Below are positions 58,558-64,000 of a DNA stretch of 64,000 nucleotides, in pieces. The stretch's first letter is position 1. Each line of letters opens with the position of its first letter. This DNA is from Puniceicoccales bacterium (lineage in GTDB: Bacteria; Verrucomicrobiota; Verrucomicrobiia; Opitutales; JAIRKQ01): the NCBI GenBank assembly GCA_031267915.1, contig JAIRYE010000006.1, positions 8,333 through 72,332 of the forward strand. The letters run 5' to 3'. Made by a program: the position numbers and the translations under genes. The notes beneath the pieces were generated by a model, which was given only the letters and a program-made list of their open reading frames with translations, had not been told where the DNA came from and ran no database searches.

Positions 58558-59616
58558 ATGAATATAAGAGGCGAATCGAATGAAGGTAGCACTTCAAATA
58601 ACTTTTTAAAAGAAACGGGAAAACGGATAGTGGATTACGGAAAGAAGGTAATCGCAAATGCGATAAATTTGTTTAGGTCTTCCCCCGAAGATACCTCTCT
58701 GGAAAATAGAGAGGCGGCCACCTTAGCAGACGCGGATAAAAGCAAAGAGGTTGAAGATGAAAGAGAAGATGAAGAGGCTAAAGATGAAGGAGAGGATGAA
58801 GAGACTGAAGATGAAAGAGAAGATGAAGAGGTTGATTCGGAGGAAAAACTCAAGTTTTCCAGCGATGAAAATTCCCCGAATGCCAGCGATAATGAGAACA
58901 CAGATGAAAAAGTAAAGAAATTGCTCGAAGGTCTCAGCGAAACAGAAATAAAAGAGCTAATGAAAAGATTTCTGGAAAACCAAGACCGGGAAGTCGCAGA
59001 ACAAGAGACGAGACAACAGGAGACGCAACAACAAGAGATGCAACAACAGGAGATGCGATCGGAAGCGATAAAGAGTTGCTTAAAAAAAGTAGGATTAGGA
59101 ATACTACTGCCCTATGCCCATAATATTTTGGAAAAAGGAGTAAGGAATTACATAAAAGAAAAAGGTTTCGTGGATTTATGTTTTAGCATCAATATGGAAG
59201 TGTTGCATTTCGCTCAAATATTGGCTAGTGTCGGGGTAGCAACTTGCATAACTGTGCCAGTAGTATCAGTGACTGGGTCGACAGCACTTATTATTGGTGG
59301 ACTTCTTTATAGCTCCAAATTTTTATTAGCCTTAATGGGGAAATATGAAATTAAGGGCCTTGGCACAGAGGCTAGCGACGTGATTTTGTCAACCACATTC
59401 ATAAACATGTTCAAAGACGGAAGTCAAAAACTCATAAAACTGAACGGTAAGATAATTCTAGGATTGGATATTGGTAAGGATGTGTATAATTTCTGTAAGG
59501 TTTTAAAGTTTATGCATAGCATCGGAGCAGGCGCGCCTAATCCTATTCCGACGAATAATAGTAATGCCCAGGAGGCCAATAATAATAGCAGTGATGCGAT
59601 AGGTGATAATCTCTAA
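58558..59616 (+). CDS. Orphan acidic repeat-containing membrane protein (candidate secreted effector)
   Basis: 352 aa from the ATG after GGAG; A-rich DNA; acidic and Gln repeats; 47-aa hydrophobic stretch at 59200-59340; no Sec signal. Confidence 0.8.
   Translation: MNIRGESNEGSTSNNFLKETGKRIVDYGKKVIANAINLFRSSPEDTSLENREAATLADADKSKEVEDEREDEEAKDEGEDEETEDEREDEEVDSEEKLKFSSDENSPNASDNENTDEKVKKLLEGLSETEIKELMKRFLENQDREVAEQETRQQETQQQEMQQQEMRSEAIKSCLKKVGLGILLPYAHNILEKGVRNYIKEKGFVDLCFSINMEVLHFAQILASVGVATCITVPVVSVTGSTALIIGGLLYSSKFLLALMGKYEIKGLGTEASDVILSTTFINMFKDGSQKLIKLNGKIILGLDIGKDVYNFCKVLKFMHSIGAGAPNPIPTNNSNAQEANNNSSDAIGDNL
58747..58835 (+). repeat. 27-nt coding tandem repeat x3.3 (E-x-x-D-E-x-E-D-E)
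   Basis: Units gaggttgaagatgaaagagaagatgaa / gaggctaaagatgaaggagaggatgaa / gagactgaagatgaaagagaagatgaa / gaggttga. Confidence 0.9.
59002..59058 (+). repeat. 15-nt coding tandem repeat x3.8 (QETRQ/QETQQ/QEMQQ/QEMR)
   Basis: caagagacgagacaa caggagacgcaacaa caagagatgcaacaa caggagatgcga. Confidence 0.9.
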
Positions 59617-59697
59617 TTCGCTATGAATAATGTTGAAGGTTTAATTTAGTGAAAATTTTCTTGCCAACGCAGCATTTGTTGTCACCTTGATCTGCAA

Positions 59698-60015
59698 GTG
59701 GGTTCGTTTTTTACATCTCTGTTAACCTTCATTCTGGTCTGTACGAGCATTTTTGTGGCTCTGGTTATTTTGATGCAAAGGCCTTCGGCTAATGCTGGCA
59801 TGGGGGCTGCTCTGGGAGGTGGTGCTGCAGAATCGGCCTTTGGAAGCGATACGGCAAAGGTGTTGACCAGATGGACGATTAGCGGAATTGCCACATTTTT
59901 TATCGTGGCATTTGCGCTGTCGCTGTTGCGCATTCACGAAAATTCACATGGGCAGGGGCAGCCAAGCATAAATCTTGAAGAAATCGTCGATGACGGGGAT
60001 GTTTCAGAAGAGTGA
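59698..60015 (+). CDS. secG: Preprotein translocase subunit SecG
   Basis: LVILMQRP..AGMGAALGGGAAESAFG....VLTRWT; two TM. Confidence 0.93.
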   Translation: MGSFFTSLLTFILVCTSIFVALVILMQRPSANAGMGAALGGGAAESAFGSDTAKVLTRWTISGIATFFIVAFALSLLRIHENSHGQGQPSINLEEIVDDGDVSEE

Positions 60016-60742
60016 CAGTTCTGCAGTTTGCGTGCTCCATCTAATTATTCTTTGTGCGGTGCTAGGTGGGGGTGAATTGTGTGGCAGTGAATTACAGAGA
60101 CTTCACCATCTGTCTGAAAAAAAAGCGAGGGAATTTTTGAGAAGCGCGCAGTTGGAGTCTACGCATTTCAATGCCAGGGGGGAGGTCAGTTTCGAACTGC
60201 ATAGCTGTAGGGATGTGCGCAATGAAAAAACTGGAAAAATCATCTGCACAATGGATGGAGATGAAAAATTTTTTACTGTGAATTTTGACACTGGCGGATG
60301 CGTTTTAGGCGAAAGGACGCTTCGAAACATCGGACGTGATGATTTTGCAATGGACAGGCCATTTTTTGACAATTTAATTTTTTCCCCCCGGGATCTGTTC
60401 TTCATTTTTCTAGGAAAGGATCCATATTGCTACGCAGGTCCAGCAAGAATTTCCGGCCGTTCGGTACAACAGTTTGTCCGTTTCTTTGATATTTCAATGG
60501 ATGGTGTGCCGATTTCTGCCATAAAAATTTCCATCGATGGGAAATTTTTAACGGTTTTGCGAGTGGATTTCTTTGACAGTACACAGAAGTTGGTCAGGCG
60601 AATTGCGATTGACTCATTCGAAAATTTCGACGGCCTTTGGATGCCAAAGGTAATAGAATTTTCAGACCTGAGAAAGCATTGCCGAGCAAAGCTCAAAATC
60701 ACAGGTGCAAAATTTGTTTTCGCCGAAGAAGCTGTTCGTTAA
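59975..60742 (+). CDS. Outer membrane lipoprotein-sorting (LolA-like) protein
   Basis: Beta-rich; FS..DL, C-terminal DFFD...KLVRRI...FDGLWMPK.IEF.D pattern. Start uncertain. Confidence 0.6.
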   Translation: MKKSSMTGMFQKSDSSAVCVLHLIILCAVLGGGELCGSELQRLHHLSEKKAREFLRSAQLESTHFNARGEVSFELHSCRDVRNEKTGKIICTMDGDEKFFTVNFDTGGCVLGERTLRNIGRDDFAMDRPFFDNLIFSPRDLFFIFLGKDPYCYAGPARISGRSVQQFVRFFDISMDGVPISAIKISIDGKFLTVLRVDFFDSTQKLVRRIAIDSFENFDGLWMPKVIEFSDLRKHCRAKLKITGAKFVFAEEAVR

Positions 60743-60780
60743 TCATTTTTTTGCGATTTTAAGTTTTAATTAAAAATTTG

Positions 60781-60808
60781 TTGACTTTGTAGAAATCCAT
60801 GCTACGCT
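60781..60808 (+). promoter_or_regulatory. Promoter of the orphan pair 60830-62987
   Basis: TTGACT-N16-TACGCT with extended TG; GGAGAAGG SD before ATG 60830. Confidence 0.65.
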
Positions 60809-60829
60809 TTCCACAGCGTGGGAGAAGGT

Positions 60830-61984
60830 ATGAGTTTTTGGAACCAAGCAGTGGAATTCTTATTCGGAAAGGGTCCGAGTGCGACAAAATCGGATGATAA
60901 ACAGAAATACATCGTCAAAAATGATACGGGGAGATTTAATGCTAGTCGGCATACTGAAACAACATCCCTTAATACCAGAAGTTTGAACAGCACACCCCGA
61001 AGATCCCTCACTCCTGACAGAGTAGGGAACGGCTCGAGCTCCACAAGCAGTAATGATCGCTATCTTTCAAACTCCTCCACCTCTAATAAAAGGAAAATTG
61101 ACTTAACACAACAGGCCTTCATTGACTTAACACAACAGGACTTAGATGATACTAAGGAATTTAATAGTGATCAATTTGTTGAAGAAGCATCCCAAAGTGC
61201 CAAAAATTTGAATAACTCGAAGAGAGACACATCCAGATCCCTTACTCCTGAAAGAAAAAGGAATGTCTCGAGCTCCACAAGCAATTATTCTCGCAACCCT
61301 CACACTAATGGAAATAGTGAACCGTGCTTCGTCATACACGGTAACAGCAACGTTATTCATATGAACTCCTATGCGAACAGCCAATCTGACGCGCCCGATG
61401 CGAACAGATCATCTGCGCAATACATTGGCTCCAACGGAAATGTGTCTGAGTCCTCTGGAAAGGAAAAGAAAAAAGGTATTGTGTCATCGATTCTGAAAAC
61501 GACACTTAACGGGACAATCGTGGTACTTAAAGGAACGCTAAATCTTGTTGGTGTAGCAGGTAGGTTTATCATGCAACACTATATTATTTCAGGGCTTGTA
61601 GCAGTCGGTGCGGTTAGTTATTTACGTGGAGGGAAAAGCGATACTGGTGGTACTTTAGGTCAGACCGTAAAGGATATTGAAAAGGATATTGAAGCCGTGT
61701 CGAAAGAGGTAACAGATAATAATACCGCCCAAGTAGTCAATTTTATTTTCAACAAATCCGGACACGCTACGGAATCCATTAAACGAATCAATGAAGCAAT
61801 ATTTAAAGCGGCCACAGACGGAAACTTGAGCGATCTGGAATATTATGCCAAATATCATCCTGGACCTGTGGGCTGGTTTACGCTAAACAACGAAAAAAAT
61901 TGCTCAAAACTCGTCTTCTCCGAGCAGTTATCTAAGGTTTATGATTCGTGTAAATTTCTTTTGGAAAATTCAAAAAAAGGGTAA
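60830..61984 (+). CDS. Orphan Ser/Asn-rich protein with eukaryote-like linear motifs (candidate effector)
   Basis: 384 aa; disordered N-terminal half with internal duplication, tandem IDLT, hydrophobic segment near 61475-61633; no Sec signal. Confidence 0.8.
   Translation: MSFWNQAVEFLFGKGPSATKSDDKQKYIVKNDTGRFNASRHTETTSLNTRSLNSTPRRSLTPDRVGNGSSSTSSNDRYLSNSSTSNKRKIDLTQQAFIDLTQQDLDDTKEFNSDQFVEEASQSAKNLNNSKRDTSRSLTPERKRNVSSSTSNYSRNPHTNGNSEPCFVIHGNSNVIHMNSYANSQSDAPDANRSSAQYIGSNGNVSESSGKEKKKGIVSSILKTTLNGTIVVLKGTLNLVGVAGRFIMQHYIISGLVAVGAVSYLRGGKSDTGGTLGQTVKDIEKDIEAVSKEVTDNNTAQVVNFIFNKSGHATESIKRINEAIFKAATDGNLSDLEYYAKYHPGPVGWFTLNNEKNCSKLVFSEQLSKVYDSCKFLLENSKKG
61001..61294 (+). repeat. 60-nt direct repeat pair (61001-61060 and 61235-61294)
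   Basis: 49/60 identical by manual alignment; both encode RSLTP(D/E)R..N.SSSTS. Confidence 0.9.
61097..61139 (+). repeat. Perfect 19-nt repeat with 24-nt period (IDLTQQ x2)
   Basis: attgacttaacacaacagg at 61097 and 61121. Confidence 0.95.
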
Positions 61985-61988
61985 AATT

Positions 61989-62987
61989 ATGTCAAAAGCC
62001 GGGGGTCTAACCGATAGTTCGTCAAAACAAGTCAATAATTTGCCAAAAAAATATAATATTACCTCTGAAGAGATGGGTAAGTTCTTGAAATCTGTTAAGG
62101 GAGATCTCAATAGAAAACCTTTTATTAGACAGATAGATACAATGTTAGCCGAAGGTAAGAAAAACCTGGACCGAAGGGTTAATTCCAAAGAATCCAGAGA
62201 TGGCAACAAGCCAAAAGATACATCCAATTCAGATGGATGGTTTAGTTTTCCAAAAATACTGATAGTCTGTGGCAGTATTTTTGGAATTTACGAAGCATTG
62301 GGATATTGCAAAAATTTCGTGACGAAAATAATGAGCTTTAATCTTTATACTGAGTACTATAAGAATCTAAATAAGGGTCTCAACGCGTACGAAAAGACCT
62401 TAGCTGAGACGAAGGACGGGTGTACGAAAAACGGAATAAATGATATAACCCTAAAAATTCGGGACGAATTTTATCCTGGCGAAAATCTCAAAGAAATAAG
62501 AGACCTTGCAGAGAAAACCAAATCTATTATGCGATGTGTTGATACTAATTGCAAAATAGAAGCAGCGATTGGTGTGCTAAATGGAGGGTATAATCTCCAG
62601 ATTAATACCACAGCAATTTCGGAAGCTAATAAAATCTATTGTAAGGAAGCAATTAACTCATTAGCTTCGGGTAATCTGAAGCTGGATATCAACAAGGACC
62701 TAGATAAAAAATATTTACGAATAACCGATCTGCTTGATGTAAAAAAGAATATCGAAACTAGTTTGAATGAATTTGTATCAGAGCATAAAATTGACGAAAA
62801 AGATCAAACATTTGTAGAAAAGCTCACAGAAGACACGATTGACGCCGCCAATGTTGTTGCCGATGGTGTTCATAAAGTCGGCGATGCTGTTAAAGCAGTG
62901 GGCCAAACGGCAACATTTTTTGGAACTGCTGCAGCATATCTGAACAACGGCCTTAAATTTCTGTTCGGCGAAGGAGTCAAAAAATAA
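61989..62987 (+). CDS. Orphan single-TM helical protein
   Basis: 332 aa; ATG 4 nt after the previous stop; AT-rich; hydrophobic FPKILIVCGSIFGIYEALGYC and Ala/Gly-rich C-terminus. Confidence 0.8.
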   Translation: MSKAGGLTDSSSKQVNNLPKKYNITSEEMGKFLKSVKGDLNRKPFIRQIDTMLAEGKKNLDRRVNSKESRDGNKPKDTSNSDGWFSFPKILIVCGSIFGIYEALGYCKNFVTKIMSFNLYTEYYKNLNKGLNAYEKTLAETKDGCTKNGINDITLKIRDEFYPGENLKEIRDLAEKTKSIMRCVDTNCKIEAAIGVLNGGYNLQINTTAISEANKIYCKEAINSLASGNLKLDINKDLDKKYLRITDLLDVKKNIETSLNEFVSEHKIDEKDQTFVEKLTEDTIDAANVVADGVHKVGDAVKAVGQTATFFGTAAAYLNNGLKFLFGEGVKK

Positions 62988-63006
62988 ACTTTTTTCCAGA
63001 AAAAAT

Positions 63007-63034
63007 TTGACAAAAGGCTAAATAGTCATAGCAG
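63007..63034 (+). promoter_or_regulatory. Putative trxA promoter
   Basis: TTGACA-N16-TAGCAG, then AAGGA SD. Confidence 0.5.
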
Positions 63035-63056
63035 GGGATTCTGAAGGATAACTTGC

Positions 63057-63365
63057 GTGAAGGCGCTCGATGCAGCAAATTTTGATGAAACACTGGAAAA
63101 GGGCGGCACCGTGGCCGTCGATTTCTGGGCTCCCTGGTGCGGGCCATGCCGTGCGCTGGCTCCTGTGATGGAACAGGTTGCGCAGGAGGTTGGCGATTCA
63201 GTCCTGGTAGCCAAGGTGAACATCGACGAAGCCCCCGAGCTCGGGGAAAGGTTCGGACTGCAGTCGATCCCGGCGATTATTTACTTTAAAAATGGGACGG
63301 AAGTCGGACGCAGCGTAGGGATGACGACGAAAACTGACGTCATTGCTGCGCTGAAGTCCCTGTGA
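63057..63365 (+). CDS. trxA: Thioredoxin
   Basis: VDFWAPWCGPC, KVNIDE, SIP. Confidence 0.96.
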   Translation: MKALDAANFDETLEKGGTVAVDFWAPWCGPCRALAPVMEQVAQEVGDSVLVAKVNIDEAPELGERFGLQSIPAIIYFKNGTEVGRSVGMTTKTDVIAALKSL

Positions 63366-63373
63366 TTCGAGGC

Positions 63374-64000
63374 TCAATCCCGTTTGCACCTGGCTATGCA
63401 GGCGTCAACCAGAATCGATATGGTGTCGACGATGGGTTTTCCTCTGTGACTTTTGTCCCTTATCGCCAGTGGAATTTCCGTGCATCCGAGAACGATGGCG
63501 TCCGAATTTTGCGCAATCAAATCATCGGCTGCCTCCGTGAAAAATGCCTTCGCCTGTTCCGGGAAGCTGTGTGGTAGCCCGCTTTTCACTGCTGCGATTC
63601 CGCCATCGACGGACCTCTGCAAGTGTTCACTGGGAAATAGAAACTCACAGTCGATCCCGAGCTTTGCGGCATGGTTCTGATAAATTTTGGAAAATTTCGT
63701 TCCGGAACTGCCGAGGACACCGATTTTTTTTGCTCGTGGATATGCTTCCGCCAGGAACAGCAGTGTCTCTCGTACTATGTTCACGAAGGGAAGCCCAACG
63801 GCGTGCTCTATTTCATCGATGGAACAGTGGGCAGTGTTGCAGGGTATGCAGCAAATCGTCGCACCGCACGCTTTTAGTTTCTTTCCAACTTCAATGAAAT
63901 ACGGAGCGAATGAAACATTGCTTCTTCCCGCCGCAAAAGCAATTCTATTCGGGGCAAGCGTCGCCTGGAAAAGTATTGTTTCCGGTTGCTGACTGTCATC
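63374..64000 (-). CDS. Aspartate/glutamate racemase family protein, partial (start beyond the window)
   Basis: Frame open from 64000; manual translation shows IPCNTAH, and the C-terminal part has LGCTEIPL (both catalytic Cys). Confidence 0.9.
   Translation of the reverse strand, partial: DDSQQPETILFQATLAPNRIAFAAGRSNVSFAPYFIEVGKKLKACGATICCIPCNTAHCSIDEIEHAVGLPFVNIVRETLLFLAEAYPRAKKIGVLGSSGTKFSKIYQNHAAKLGIDCEFLFPSEHLQRSVDGGIAAVKSGLPHSFPEQAKAFFTEAADDLIAQNSDAIVLGCTEIPLAIRDKSHRGKPIVDTISILVDACIARCKRD

Noticed and set aside
61097-61294. Short direct repeats considered as a possible mini-CRISPR
   Set aside because: The repeats are in-frame coding duplications with a 5-nt gap or only two copies; there are no unique spacers and no cas genes.
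1-64000. Alternative genetic code (UGA=Trp), known in some reduced Verrucomicrobia symbionts
   Set aside because: Conserved genes end at TGA at the expected positions (e.g. rpmG, fabD, trxA) and long genes are uninterrupted under code 11.

Overview
Gene-dense bacterial chromosome segment read with the standard code (TGA used as stop). It is most likely from a host-associated Verrucomicrobiota of the Opitutales/Puniceicoccales type; this is inferred from the L33 '[23 protein letters not shown]' type sequence, the fused SecDF and the archaeal-type ProRS, not from a database search. It holds about 60 mostly housekeeping genes in scrambled order: T2SS/T4P pseudopilins, dus, dprA, recJ, secDF-yajC, murJ, mreCD, cca, lpxA/lpxB, gatB, fabD, rpmG/J/E/B, two tRNA-Thr, lysC, plsY, ftsI, rarA, gpmI, hisS-proS-serS, uppP, glmS, cmk, dgkA, tsaD, rpsB-tsf, secG and trxA. 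No IS, prophage or CRISPR array was seen. The main candidate system is a dispersed host-directed secretion module. It consists of an orphan CesT-type type III secretion chaperone (38805-39293) and three AT-rich orphan genes (58558-59616, 60830-61984, 61989-62987). The two orphan loci share a near-identical promoter/leader and an N-terminal ExTSLxxR motif. One orphan protein carries tandem IDLT (SUMO-interaction-like) motifs, three T-P-x-R sites and basic NLS-like clusters; another has an Inc-like long hydrophobic segment. Other observations are a frameshifted pyrH remnant after tsf, a Pfk homologue with degenerate active-site motifs, an intergenic F-box-like fragment, a Pht-like MFS transporter, and recurrent sigma70-type promoters with a 16-bp spacer.
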